From Candidatus Nomurabacteria bacterium (GTDB lineage: Bacteria > Patescibacteriota > Minisyncoccia > Phycocordibacterales > UBA9973), in the NCBI GenBank assembly GCA_021413905.1, contig JAIOPO010000001.1, positions 201,159 to 265,158 on the forward strand: a stretch of 64,000 bases of DNA, given 5' to 3'. Numbering within the stretch: position 1 is the stretch's first letter; the number at the start of each line of letters is the position of its first letter. Position numbers and translations under genes: made by a program. Under the pieces are notes generated by a model that worked only from the letters and a program-made list of their open reading frames with translations, did no database searches and was not told the DNA's origin. Positions 31,822 to 42,400 of the stretch are shown one piece after another.

Positions 31822-34638
31822 TTAAACTATTATATTCAAAAGTTTATTTTTTACATAAACTACCCTTTTTATTTCTTTGCCTTCTAGATGTTTCAAAATT
31901 GCTTCATTCTTTAAAGCTTTTTGTTTTATTTCTTCTTCTGTTTCTTCTATATTTATCAAAATTTCTGCACGCACTTTGCTATTTACCTGCAAAGCAATAG
32001 TTATTTCATCATCTTTCGTCAAAGCTTCGTCGTATTTCGGCCATAGGGAAAGATGTATGCTTTCTTTTTCGCCAAGATCCGCCCAAAGTTCTTCTGTTGT
32101 ATGTGGGGCAAAAGGAGCCAATAATTGCAAAAGAGTTTTATAAATTTCTTCTGAGATTTTTTCTTGTTTATCTAAACCATTTAAAAGAATCATCATTTTT
32201 GAAATACAAGTATTGTATTTATGTTCTTTGATATCTTGGTCTATGCCTTTGATTGTTTTGTGTAATAAATTACTTTGTTCTGTAAAATTTTTATCAATTT
32301 TTTCTTGCAATTTCCAAACTCGCTCCAAAAATCTACGCACACCGACGACGCCATTTGGATCCCAAGGATAGTTTACCGTCACTCCATACGGACCCATAAA
32401 TGCCAAATACAAACGCACTGTGTCTGCGCCAAGTCTTTCCACTATTTCATCAGGGTCTATCACATTGCCTTTTGATTTGGACATTTTATTTCCATCCGGA
32501 CCTAAAATAAGTCCCCTGTTGCGACGCATTGTGTAAGCCTCAGAATCTTTTACCAAACCTAAATCAAACAAAGCCTTTACCCAAAAACGAGAATAAAGTA
32601 AATGCATCGTAGTGTGCTCCGCCCCGCCCATATATAAATCCACCGGCATCCAAGAATTTATTTTTTCTTTATCTGCAAATTCTGTATCATTATTATTGTC
32701 CAAGTATCTGTAAAAATACCAAGAAGAATCTACAAATGTATCCATCGTTTCCACTTCCGGTTTCCATCCTTTTCCAAATATTTTTTCTGTTCTTTCTAGG
32801 AGTTCCTTGCTTCGTGCCAATGGTGCTGTGCCATCGGGCTTATAATCCACATCAGTCGGCAAAAGCCAAGGCAAGTGTTCGTCCGGCACCGGATGCGCCT
32901 TGCCTTCAATATCGTAAACTATCGGTATCGGCACACCCCAATATCTCTGCCGAGAAATCCCCCAGTCGCGTAGTCTATAAGTATTCACCAATTTCCCACC
33001 GACAAATTCTGTGATTTTTTTACGAGCTTCTTCGGAAGCTAAGCCATTAAATTTGGAAGAATTTATAAGTTCTCCATTTCCATCATAAAATAAATCTTTA
33101 CTTGCTAAGTATTTTTCTAAAATTTTTGCCTGACATAAATTATCTACTTTTTTAAAATTTTTAATGGCTTCATGAATATCCACCCAAATTAATTTTGCTT
33201 CTTTTGTATTTTCTTTAATTTGAGTAATATCAATATTCACCACATAAGCATGATGAAGCATTGTTCTAAAACATTTCCTTCTTTCAGAATACCAACTTGA
33301 TCTTAAGGTTTGAATCTTTTTAAATTTAGTGATATCTATATTTAAACCGACTTCTTCTCTGACTTCTCTTATTAAAGCATCTTCTGGTGTTTCACCTTCT
33401 TCGATACCACCTCCAACTAAAACATAATTTCCTCCAAACTTTGTCTGGTTTTCATTAGTTTCATCACATAAAACTTTTCCATTATTTTCAATAATAGCAC
33501 ATACCCTATTCCTTTCTATTGCATCTTTATTTCTATCTCCGACTATTTCTGCAATAACTTCTTTTATTGGCAAATTATATTTCTTTGCAAATTCAAAATC
33601 CCTTTCATCGTGGGCTGGCACTGCCATCACTGCTCCTGTGCCATAGCCTGCTAAAACATAATCCGCAATCCATACCGGCACTTCTTCATTATTCGCCGGG
33701 TTAATAGCTTTTATGCCTTTTAATTCAACTCCTGTTTTTTCTTTGGACTGCTGTCGGTCAAGTTCAGATTTCTTTTTTGTATCAGAAATATATTTTTCTA
33801 CTTCATTCCAATTTTCAATTTTATCTTTTAATTTTGAAATCAATTCATGTTCCGGCGCAAGTACTACATAAGTCACGCCAAACAAAGTATCCGCGCGAGT
33901 GGTAAATACTTTTATCTTTTCTTCAACATTTTTTATTCCAAATTCAATCTCACTCCCTTCACTCCTTCCTATCCAATTCTTCTGTGCGGATTTTATTTCG
34001 TGAGGCCAATCAAGCGTATCAAGATCGTCAATCAATCTGTCCGCATATTTTGAAATACGAAGCATCCATTGCTCTTGATCTCTTTGTTCCACTTCCGCTC
34101 CACAACGCTCGCATTTACCATCCACTACTTGCTCATTGGCAAGTATAGTCATATCTTTTGGACACCAATTTACTTTTGTAACATCGCGATATGCCAAATC
34201 ATTTTTCAAAAATTGATTAAACATCCATTGCGTCCATTTGTAATATTTCGGATCACAAGTCACCACCTCTCTGTCCCAATCAAAAGACGCGCCCATAGAA
34301 CGGAGCTGCAAGCGCATTTTATCCATATGTTCATAAGTCCAAATTTTTGGATCTGCGCCGAGTTTTATAGCTGCATTTTCTGCAGGCAAACCAAAAGCAT
34401 CAAAGCCCATCGGATACAAAACATTATACCCGCTCATTCTTTTATATCGCGCAAAAATATCCGGCACAGAAAAAGCATACCAGTGTCCCACGTGCAGATT
34501 GCCCGAAGGATAAGTGAATTCCACAAGTTGATAAAAATTTTCTTTACCTTTTACTGTATCATCTACCTTGTAAAGTTTATTCTTCTCCCATTCCTCCTGC
34601 CATTTTTTTTCAATTATTTTATGATCGTAATTTTTCAT
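31822..34638 (-). CDS. leuS: Leucyl-tRNA synthetase with an inserted Nudix-hydrolase-like domain
   Basis: The HIGH-type motif is HVGHWY, the CP1 editing domain is present (TTRADTLFGVTYVVLAPEH), and KMSKS and LRDWGISRQRYWG are present. An extra segment of about 150 aa (nt 33075-33550) carries a perfect Nudix box, GGGIEEGETPEDALIREVREEVGL. The product is 938 aa. Confidence 0.93.
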   Translation of the reverse strand: MKNYDHKIIEKKWQEEWEKNKLYKVDDTVKGKENFYQLVEFTYPSGNLHVGHWYAFSVPDIFARYKRMSGYNVLYPMGFDAFGLPAENAAIKLGADPKIWTYEHMDKMRLQLRSMGASFDWDREVVTCDPKYYKWTQWMFNQFLKNDLAYRDVTKVNWCPKDMTILANEQVVDGKCERCGAEVEQRDQEQWMLRISKYADRLIDDLDTLDWPHEIKSAQKNWIGRSEGSEIEFGIKNVEEKIKVFTTRADTLFGVTYVVLAPEHELISKLKDKIENWNEVEKYISDTKKKSELDRQQSKEKTGVELKGIKAINPANNEEVPVWIADYVLAGYGTGAVMAVPAHDERDFEFAKKYNLPIKEVIAEIVGDRNKDAIERNRVCAIIENNGKVLCDETNENQTKFGGNYVLVGGGIEEGETPEDALIREVREEVGLNIDITKFKKIQTLRSSWYSERRKCFRTMLHHAYVVNIDITQIKENTKEAKLIWVDIHEAIKNFKKVDNLCQAKILEKYLASKDLFYDGNGELINSSKFNGLASEEARKKITEFVGGKLVNTYRLRDWGISRQRYWGVPIPIVYDIEGKAHPVPDEHLPWLLPTDVDYKPDGTAPLARSKELLERTEKIFGKGWKPEVETMDTFVDSSWYFYRYLDNNNDTEFADKEKINSWMPVDLYMGGAEHTTMHLLYSRFWVKALFDLGLVKDSEAYTMRRNRGLILGPDGNKMSKSKGNVIDPDEIVERLGADTVRLYLAFMGPYGVTVNYPWDPNGVVGVRRFLERVWKLQEKIDKNFTEQSNLLHKTIKGIDQDIKEHKYNTCISKMMILLNGLDKQEKISEEIYKTLLQLLAPFAPHTTEELWADLGEKESIHLSLWPKYDEALTKDDEITIALQVNSKVRAEILINIEETEEEIKQKALKNEAILKHLEGKEIKRVVYVKNKLLNIIV

Positions 34639-34641
34639 TTT

Positions 34642-35661
34642 TTATAACGCTTTCGGATAAGGTGGATACATATCTTTATCTATTGTTCTTTCAAAACAAG
34701 TTCTACCAGCTTGATGATCCCAAGAATTATTTACACCATTTGTTCCCGGATATGGATAAGTTTCTACATTTGTTGTAGTTATATCACGCACAGCCACAGG
34801 CATCACTCCTCCACTGTAACTCTGATTCTCTTGCCAACCTTTTGGCATAGGTAAAGAAAAGTTTGCACAAATTTCAAAAGTTAATTTTTCTTTTGGAATA
34901 TATTCATACACTTTTCCTTTTTCAAATTCAGGATCTACTGGTAAAGAATACCCAGACAAAGGATTTGCAAGATCAGTTATCTTTGCAGGTAATTTTTGTT
35001 TTTGTTGATAAAAGTTAGTAACTTGAGATTGAATACTTTGCAAATCTTGCATACGTTTATCATCAAGACGCAAATCTCTTTGTTGCATAGGGCTACCTAT
35101 AACCATAAAACTCCACACAATGAGAGCAAGCACTATGAACATACTAAAATAAGTCGCTATTTTTTTAAATACATTGACCCATTTTGTCTGCCACACTTCA
35201 GGCAAGAAATAAAACAAAACCATTTTTGCTGCTCCAGCAACAAATAAAATTTTAAAAATAAAACGAATAGTGATTTCTCCAGAAACAAAATATCTTACTA
35301 AAACTATCAAATCAGTTAATACAATAATACCAGAAAGAAAAATAATTATATAAGTGAGCCATTTATGCGCAGTAACATCATAACCTTGCAAACCTTTATT
35401 TTGAATTTTTTTCCACAAATAAACCAACACTAAAAGTGCAGGGAAAACAATTATAAGTGTAGCCAAAGCTGTGCGGGCATTATCAAATTGATAAGAATTA
35501 TAACCATATTGATAAACAGCATTCAATACATCCGGGAATTTTTTATCTAAAATTTCAAAAGCTAGATTTAAAAAAGAAACGACAGATGCAATCAAAGAAG
35601 CCAAAACACCTAATGATAAAAAGAAATAACCGGCACTCAATTTATTTTTTATATTTTCCAT
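34642..35661 (-). CDS. Hypothetical integral membrane protein
   Basis: The 339-aa product has multiple TM helices in the N-terminal two thirds and a polar C-terminal domain. No confident family assignment was made. Confidence 0.3.
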   Translation of the reverse strand: MENIKNKLSAGYFFLSLGVLASLIASVVSFLNLAFEILDKKFPDVLNAVYQYGYNSYQFDNARTALATLIIVFPALLVLVYLWKKIQNKGLQGYDVTAHKWLTYIIIFLSGIIVLTDLIVLVRYFVSGEITIRFIFKILFVAGAAKMVLFYFLPEVWQTKWVNVFKKIATYFSMFIVLALIVWSFMVIGSPMQQRDLRLDDKRMQDLQSIQSQVTNFYQQKQKLPAKITDLANPLSGYSLPVDPEFEKGKVYEYIPKEKLTFEICANFSLPMPKGWQENQSYSGGVMPVAVRDITTTNVETYPYPGTNGVNNSWDHQAGRTCFERTIDKDMYPPYPKAL

Positions 35662-35726
35662 ATTGACTTATTATATCAAAAATATGCTATAATGAAAAGT
35701 ATATTTTATAAGTTTTCATATACACT

Positions 35727-36242
35727 ATGAGTCCCAAAAATCGTCAAAAAAGAATAGAAAGTGCTTCAGACAAATTAATTCGTTGGATTGGTTCACCTTC
35801 TTCGTTGGTATTACATACTGTATTTTTTATAGTTATGCTTTCTTTGGCTGTTTCTGGTGTTAATTTTGACCAAGTAATGCTCGTATTAACTACAATAGTT
35901 TCTTTGGAAGCCATTTATTTATCTATCTTTATTCAAATGACAGTAAATAGACAAGGTAAAGAGCTTGAAGAAGTCGCTGAAGATTTGGAAGAAGTATCAG
36001 AAGATATCGAAGAAATTCAAGAAGACGTGGAAGAAATTCAAAAAGATGTGGATGAGATTCAAACCGATGTCGATGAAATCCAAGAAAATGTGGATGAAAT
36101 TCAAGAAGACGTGGAAGAAATAGAAGAAGCTAGCGCGGAAGAACAAAAAGAAGAAGCTCAACAAAAAGAAATTTTTGCTAAAATTGAAAATAGTTTGCGT
36201 GACCTGATGCAAGAAATATCAGATCTAAAAGCTAAAAAATAA
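35727..36242 (+). CDS. DUF1003-like membrane protein with tandem acidic heptad repeats
   Basis: Two TM helices with LVLTTIVSLEAIYLSIFIQMTVNRQ resemble the DUF1003 core. The C-terminus is (E/D)V(E/D)EIQ(E/K/T/N)D repeated about 8 times. Confidence 0.5.
   Translation: MSPKNRQKRIESASDKLIRWIGSPSSLVLHTVFFIVMLSLAVSGVNFDQVMLVLTTIVSLEAIYLSIFIQMTVNRQGKELEEVAEDLEEVSEDIEEIQEDVEEIQKDVDEIQTDVDEIQENVDEIQEDVEEIEEASAEEQKEEAQQKEIFAKIENSLRDLMQEISDLKAKK
35960..36130 (+). repeat. 21-bp in-frame tandem repeat (about 8 copies) inside the DUF1003-like gene
   Basis: The nucleotide repeats are gaagaaattcaagaagacgtg, gaagaaattcaaaaagatgtg, gatgagattcaaaccgatgtc and so on. They encode EEIQEDV, EEIQKDV, DEIQTDV and similar heptads. 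Confidence 0.7.
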
Positions 36243-37136
36243 TTATTTTATTTCCCAAATAGCTGTATTTGAAAGAGGAATATTTCTGTCTTTTGATTTT
36301 TCTTTCAAGCATAATTCACCACAAGAAACTTCCCCTTTCATTTCAATCATAGCATTTTCTAATGCATAACCAAGAGATAATGCTGATGCATCTATTGAAT
36401 AAGAATTTAAAATTACAAATAAAGGATTATCGGACAAAACTCTTTTTACATTATTTAAAAGTTTAGGTAAATTTTCTTCTATTTTCCATGTCTCACCTTT
36501 TGGTCCCCTGCCAAATTTGGGTGGATCCATAATAACTGCATCGTATTTATTTCCACGTTTTATTTCACGTTCTAAGAATTTCATTACATCTTCTAAAATT
36601 ATTTTCATTGGCATATTACTCATTCCAGCCAAATTTTGATTATCTTTTGCCCAAGAGAGAGAGCTTTTTGAAGCATCAACATGCGTAATATCCGCCCCTG
36701 CACGCAAAGCGAATAAACTAGCAACTCCAGTATAGCCAAATAAATTCAAAAATTTAACTGGCTTTTTTGCTCCACGAATCTTTTCTTCAATAAAATCCCA
36801 ATGACTAGCCTGCTCTGGAAAAAATCCTAAATGTCTAAAAGGTGTAGGCATTGCCCAAAATTTTAAGCCATTGTAAGACATTTCAAATTTTTCATTTATT
36901 TTTTTATCCATCCGCCAACCAGCTTTTGATCCACCTTTTGAACTGTAAAATTTACCATCATTTTTATCCCAATCTTTTACAGATAAAGTTTTACCCCAAA
37001 CAGCATCTTCATAAGGACGTACAAAAATACGAGACCCAAATCTCTCGATTTTTTCCCTTTCTCCAGTATCAAGCATTTCATAGTCAGATGATGCTGACCA
37101 ATTTTTTGCTGTAAAAATTTTAATTTCTTTTATCAT
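36243..37136 (-). CDS. Class I SAM-dependent RNA methyltransferase (RlmI/YccW-like)
   Basis: The Rossmann motif is LNLFGYTGVASLFA and the catalytic motif IV is DPPKF. The product is 297 aa. Confidence 0.7.
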   Translation of the reverse strand: MIKEIKIFTAKNWSASSDYEMLDTGEREKIERFGSRIFVRPYEDAVWGKTLSVKDWDKNDGKFYSSKGGSKAGWRMDKKINEKFEMSYNGLKFWAMPTPFRHLGFFPEQASHWDFIEEKIRGAKKPVKFLNLFGYTGVASLFALRAGADITHVDASKSSLSWAKDNQNLAGMSNMPMKIILEDVMKFLEREIKRGNKYDAVIMDPPKFGRGPKGETWKIEENLPKLLNNVKRVLSDNPLFVILNSYSIDASALSLGYALENAMIEMKGEVSCGELCLKEKSKDRNIPLSNTAIWEIK

Positions 37137-37137
37137 A

Positions 37138-37701
37138 TTATTTATTCAGTATACCACGTAAAACTTTTATTTCTCCATTTTTTTGTATTTCAATCAAATT
37201 AGAAGGATTCGCATTCCATTTTCCTCCGGATAAGAAAAAATCAACTTCATTCATAAAATATTCTTTTGCTTGTTTCATATTTTGCGCTTGCATCAAACCT
37301 TGAGGATTCACAGAAGTCGCCACCACAGGGCCTGTCTTTTTTAATATATTTAAAATAAATTTGTTATCGGGCAAACGAAAAGCCAAATTATCCGCATCAC
37401 GATTTAAATATTTAAATTTTTGAGATGATTTTTTATTTGTATGTTTTAAAATTACAGAAGTTTTTTTGGGCCATTTTTCCTCAAAAAAAGAATCTATCTT
37501 ATGTATTCCGAAATTTTCTAAATCTTTAATACTTGAAATTAAAATTATAAAAGGTTTATGGCTGTCTCTTTTTTTAATTTTATAAATTCTCTCTACTGCT
37601 TTTCTAGAATATGCACTGCCTACTATGCCGTAAATTGTATCAGTAGGCATTATTCCAATACCATCATTTTTCAATATTTTAATAATATTTTTATCTTGCA
37701 T
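37138..37701 (-). CDS. tsaC: L-threonylcarbamoyladenylate synthase TsaC/YrdC
   Basis: MPTDTIYGI and the YrdC fold are present. The product is 187 aa. Confidence 0.8.
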   Translation of the reverse strand: MQDKNIIKILKNDGIGIMPTDTIYGIVGSAYSRKAVERIYKIKKRDSHKPFIILISSIKDLENFGIHKIDSFFEEKWPKKTSVILKHTNKKSSQKFKYLNRDADNLAFRLPDNKFILNILKKTGPVVATSVNPQGLMQAQNMKQAKEYFMNEVDFFLSGGKWNANPSNLIEIQKNGEIKVLRGILNK

Positions 37702-37709
37702 TATTTATA

Positions 37710-38123
37710 TTATTTATATAAATGGTTATCGGATCCACATTTACAACCTTTTGGTTTTATAAATTCTTTAAAAAAATCTTTACCATAATCATAACCCAGT
37801 TCTTCGCCTTTTTTAATATCTTTTTTTGTAAAAATAAAAATTCTTTCTTTTTTAATTTCAACTTCGCAATTCGGACGACAATTATGATTAATATATCTGG
37901 CTATATTTTTTCTATCCTTTCCATCGATAGTCAAACTATCTCTAATCTCAAAAAGATACATACCTCCCACATTATCAGCTTCTTCTCTATTCAGTCTTTT
38001 CCCGACATATTCAATTACAAAATCTCCCTTTTTAAAATCCTGATCAGCAAAAAGTCCAAATCCTGCTTTTGTTTTTCTAATTTTAACTTTCGCTTTTTTT
38101 AATTTTTCTGTATCAAATTTCAT
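37710..38123 (-). CDS. SET-domain protein (putative protein-lysine methyltransferase)
   Basis: The core is GFGLFADQDFKKGDFVIEYVGKRL. INHNCRPNCEV matches NHSCxPN, and ELGYDYG is the SET-C tyrosine motif. A Cys-rich post-SET sequence is present (KGCKCGSDNH). The product is 137 aa. Confidence 0.75.
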   Translation of the reverse strand: MKFDTEKLKKAKVKIRKTKAGFGLFADQDFKKGDFVIEYVGKRLNREEADNVGGMYLFEIRDSLTIDGKDRKNIARYINHNCRPNCEVEIKKERIFIFTKKDIKKGEELGYDYGKDFFKEFIKPKGCKCGSDNHLYK

Positions 38124-38128
38124 TTAAT

Positions 38129-39130
38129 TTAAATTTTAAATTCTATAACATCACCATCTTTCACTATATATTCCTTGCCTTCAGTGCGGACTTTGCCTTT
38201 GGAACGGGCTTCTGAGTATGACCCTGCTTCAAGTAAATCTTTCCAAAACACCACTTCGGCACGAATAAATTTATCTTTGAAATCCGTATGGATTGCAGTG
38301 CCTGCTATCGGAGCAGTCGAACCTTTTTGTATTGTCCACGCACGAGTCTCTTCGACACCAGTCGTAAAATAAGTCTCAAGCCCTAAAAGGTCATAACTCG
38401 CACGTATCATTTCATCAAAACCTTTTTCAAATACAGCATCGATAACAACATGTTTCCCTGGAATATTTTGTGCTACTTTTTCTATTACATTCTCAGCGAC
38501 TTCCGACGCATTGAGTGCGTAAAGTATCGGCTTCATAGAAAGCAAATGCATACTTTTTATTATCTCACTTTCTTTTTCATCTAAAATTGTTTCATTTGCC
38601 AAATGCGAATCAGATAAAACTTTTTCCACTTTTTTCAAGACTACTTCTTCCGCAATAGCGAGCTTGTCTCCCCTTTTTACATCTTTTTGCAAATTGGCAA
38701 TTCTTTTTGTGACAGTTTCCAAATCAGCCAAAATGAGTTCTAGATTTATCACAGAAATATCTTGCAATGGGTCCACCTTGTTTGCCACATGAATAATATC
38801 TTTATCTTCAAACACACGCACGACTTCCAAAATAGCATCAACCTCGCGAATATTTGAAAGAAACTTGTTACCCAATCCTTCACCCTTTGATGCCCCTGCT
38901 ACAAGCCCCGCTATGTCCACGAATTCTATAACAGCTGGAATAGTCCTGTTTGTTTTAGAAAAATCAGCGAGTTTATAAAGCCTATCATCCGGCACAGGCA
39001 CAATACCTACTGACGGATCAATAGTACAAAAAGGATAATTTTCCGCCGGCACTCCCTTTTTCGTCAACGCATTAAAAAGCGTGGATTTACCGACATTTGG
39101 CAGACCTACAATTCCGATACTTAATGACAT
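38129..39130 (-). CDS. ychF: Ribosome-binding ATPase YchF
   Basis: The start was taken at ATG 39130 (MSLSIGIVGLPNVGKSTLFNALT). The G1 motif, TGS domain and C-terminal KDGDVIEFKI are present. The ORF-track start at 39202 adds an unlikely 24-aa extension. Confidence 0.9.
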   Translation of the reverse strand: MSLSIGIVGLPNVGKSTLFNALTKKGVPAENYPFCTIDPSVGIVPVPDDRLYKLADFSKTNRTIPAVIEFVDIAGLVAGASKGEGLGNKFLSNIREVDAILEVVRVFEDKDIIHVANKVDPLQDISVINLELILADLETVTKRIANLQKDVKRGDKLAIAEEVVLKKVEKVLSDSHLANETILDEKESEIIKSMHLLSMKPILYALNASEVAENVIEKVAQNIPGKHVVIDAVFEKGFDEMIRASYDLLGLETYFTTGVEETRAWTIQKGSTAPIAGTAIHTDFKDKFIRAEVVFWKDLLEAGSYSEARSKGKVRTEGKEYIVKDGDVIEFKI

Positions 39131-39210
39131 TGTTAAAATATAGCAGAAATAAAGTTTTTTGTCATTCAGTAATTTTTTTATTTCTAGAAAACTATATGAC
39201 AAAAAAATAA

Positions 39211-39460
39211 TTAATTATTTGCCATAAGCCATGCATTTAATATTTTACGAGTGTAAGGACCCAAAACACCAGTTCCTTTTTTTAGACCCTGAGGAATAAG
39301 AATTTCTTTTGCATGAGCTTCTTGGAATTTTATTAATTGTTGTTTTGTTTTTTTACCAAAGAAATTATTTTCTTTACCTTTAGAACCAACCCCATTAAGA
39401 GCAATAGTGAAACCGTTATTATTCAAGAAAATTTGAAGTAATTTTACGTCGTTATTTGTA
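39211..39460 (-). other. C-terminal peptidoglycan-binding (PG_binding_1-like) domain of the giant protein
   Basis: DVKLLQIFLNNNGFTIALNGVGSKGKENNFFGKKTKQQLIKFQEAHAKEILIPQGLKKGTGVLGPYTRKIL fits the PG_binding_1 pattern (V..LQ..L...G.....DG.FG..T..A...FQ.....DG..GP.T...L). A poly-Gly linker precedes it at 39605-39650. Confidence 0.6.
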
Positions 39461-42400
39461 TTTGATTGTTTTAGATTCTTTTTAAATTGAAAACCATCTG
39501 GCAAACCTGTTTTTATGATTTTAAAATCACTTGAAATATTATTTATTTTCTCTTCAAGATTTTTAACATCTTTTTGTGTAGTATCTTGAGTTGATGAATA
39601 TCCTCCATATCCTCCGCCTCCACCGCCGCCACCAGAAGCAACCAAACAAGCACTAGTTGAAAATACTCTATCTGTATCTGAAACACCTGTACCAGAGCTA
39701 TTTATAGCATATGCTTTAAAATGATAAGTTGTACCACAAGACAGATTTGAAATAACTGTTGAAAATGAACCTTCGTCATACGAACCAATATTCTGTAAAA
39801 TTGTATTACCATAATTAGTCGTAGAGCCCCAATAAAAACCTCTAACAGAAGCTAATTCTCCTCCGGTAGACACTATGGTACCATTCAAAGTCCCCTGACT
39901 TCGAGAGACAGAAGAAGCAGAAGATGTTGTAACTATTGGATTCTCAACAGAATCATTTGAATCTGAAACAGAAACATTTACAAAATCAGTATTGAGAGAA
40001 TGGTGTATTCCTGGTGTAGCGACAGATTCATCTGTACCCCAATTTATTTCACGAGTATTGTATTCAGCTTGATACGCATTATGCTCTGTATCTGTTGGGT
40101 AGTGTTCCAAATTTTCATGATATGGATAATTTGTCATTTCATTAAATGGTAATGGGAAAATTGTATCTCCTAATGCATTATGGAATGATTTATGATAATC
40201 CCATGTGTCATAAATGAAATCACGTTCTGTTCCATTTGCTTGCACAGGAACTTCGTAACGAAGAGAAATTTCATCACCTTGTGTTGTTATAACAAATTTA
40301 TTATCAACATTCGCAAGTAAATCTTTTACATCACCATATTTTGTAGCCATACCGGTAAGAGTATTTCCTTTTCCTTTCTTTGAAATCAAATCAGCATAAT
40401 CTGGTATTTCCAAATCGCCCATATGTGCATCATTTGCATTCAAAGGAATCATATTTGAAATTCCACGAAAATGTAAATTTGCATAATAAGGTGATAAAAC
40501 TGATTTTGAAATCTCTTCATCGGGACTTGTGTCTACAGCAATCCAATCTATATCAGTTTGAATTTGACGATTTGTCATAACAAAACGAATTTCATTATCT
40601 TTTATTGTAAGACCTGAAAGATCAATAACTTTTGTATCAACACCATAACTATTACTTAAAATTCTATTTGTAACTGATTGACCTGAACGTTTACCGATAG
40701 ATGGATTCATATTCTCAGGAACGTTTACAAAAACCCCAGAGCTATTTTTATATTGAAGCGCATCAGATTGTTTATTTCCTTGGAACAATCCTTCTTTGCC
40801 TTTTTTAACAACAATTTTCAAATTAGCAGGAGTTACGGTATCATTAGAAAGTTTCATTGTTAAATATGAACTAGTGTCTTCTTTTCTTGTATGATAATAA
40901 TTATTATCATCATAAGCAATTAAACTTTTTACATCCTTACCATTTTGATCTTTTATCCAAATTGGAGCTTGTGCATTTTTTGCAATAGTATGTATTTGTT
41001 TATTTTGACGAGCATCAGGGAAAATATTTACATTTGAACTATGGTCAATAACCTCAAGGTTAGCTTGATCATAATAATTTACTTCATTTAATTCAAATGT
41101 AGTTTTTATATCATAGTATGTTCCATTATTATTTGTCGTAGGTGCCATATAACCACTTGGAATTTTTACAAAAGATTCAGGATTTGGATAAGTTGGTGCT
41201 TTGTAAAAAGGTGTAGATTTCCATTGTTCTCTGTCTAGGCCTTGTCCCATTGTTCCAGAACTTGAAGCATCAATAATAAATTTATATTCTTCACCATTCC
41301 ATGTAAATATAAAAGGACAAGAGGAAGAAATACCATAAAGAATTGTTTGTTCTGGACTTGTTTTACAAACACCCTCTGCATCACAAGAACGTACACGATA
41401 ATAATAAGCATTTCCAGTTACATTTAACCAATTTTCTCCACCATCATTAGATGTCCACAAAGCTCCACTGCCAACAGACATTATAAGTTTTGAACCATTA
41501 TAATTTGATGCAGCACCAATACCGAAACATTGATTAGGTCCTTTTCTAGACCAAGACCATATACCACTTTGTGAATTATAAATTCCAACTCCGATTTGAC
41601 CGCAATTTTCACCAAGAATAATTTTACTACCATCTGGACTCATATTTACTGAATACCAATAAGGAGTTCCTAAATCTTGATTCTCTGTCCAATCCCAAGT
41701 TTCACCAGATTTAACTGTATAGATATATCCACCCTCTTTTGCAACTACAAATTTACTACCATTTTCATTTGTTGATATGTATGAATCTCCCCACGACATA
41801 TTATTTGGATAACCAGTAGAAATTTGAGAAAGATCTGTCCAAGTCCAACCACCATCATTAACTCCAGACCAAACACTTCCATTAGCATTATTTTCTACAT
41901 CATAAGAACTCACAGCGAATATTTTATCACCTGTATAATCCATAGCGATAGATCTCCAATTTTGTAAACCTGTACTTGTATTTTCTGTCCAAATCCATGT
42001 AAGACCAGAATCATTTGATTGAGCTGTATAAATATAACTATAATCATCTATTATTGCACTTATACTATATCCATCTGCACTAGAAACAACCTTGAGCCAA
42101 TCTTGTGTTCCTGGATAATCAGTAGAAACACTTGAAAGATTTGTCCATACCCAAGTAGCACCTCCGTTATTAGTCACACCACGATAAATATTTCCACTAT
42201 CTACAGTCGCAAATATTATTGTTCCATTTGAATTAGATGAAACAGAACGCCAATTTTTTACACCAAGAGATGCTGATATATTATTCCATGTAAGTCCAGA
42301 ATTATTTGATGCCCAAATATCTCCACCATTTACAACTCCAAATAATCTTTGACCATCATAAGACGAAGCAACTTCTCTCCAAGATTTCTCTGTTGTATCT

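Noticed and set aside
36170-36190. AAATTTTTGCTAAAATT, resembling the conserved intergenic hairpin core.
   Set aside because: It lies inside the DUF1003-like coding frame (KEIFAKIEN) and lacks the flanking CGTGCT, so it is probably coincidental.
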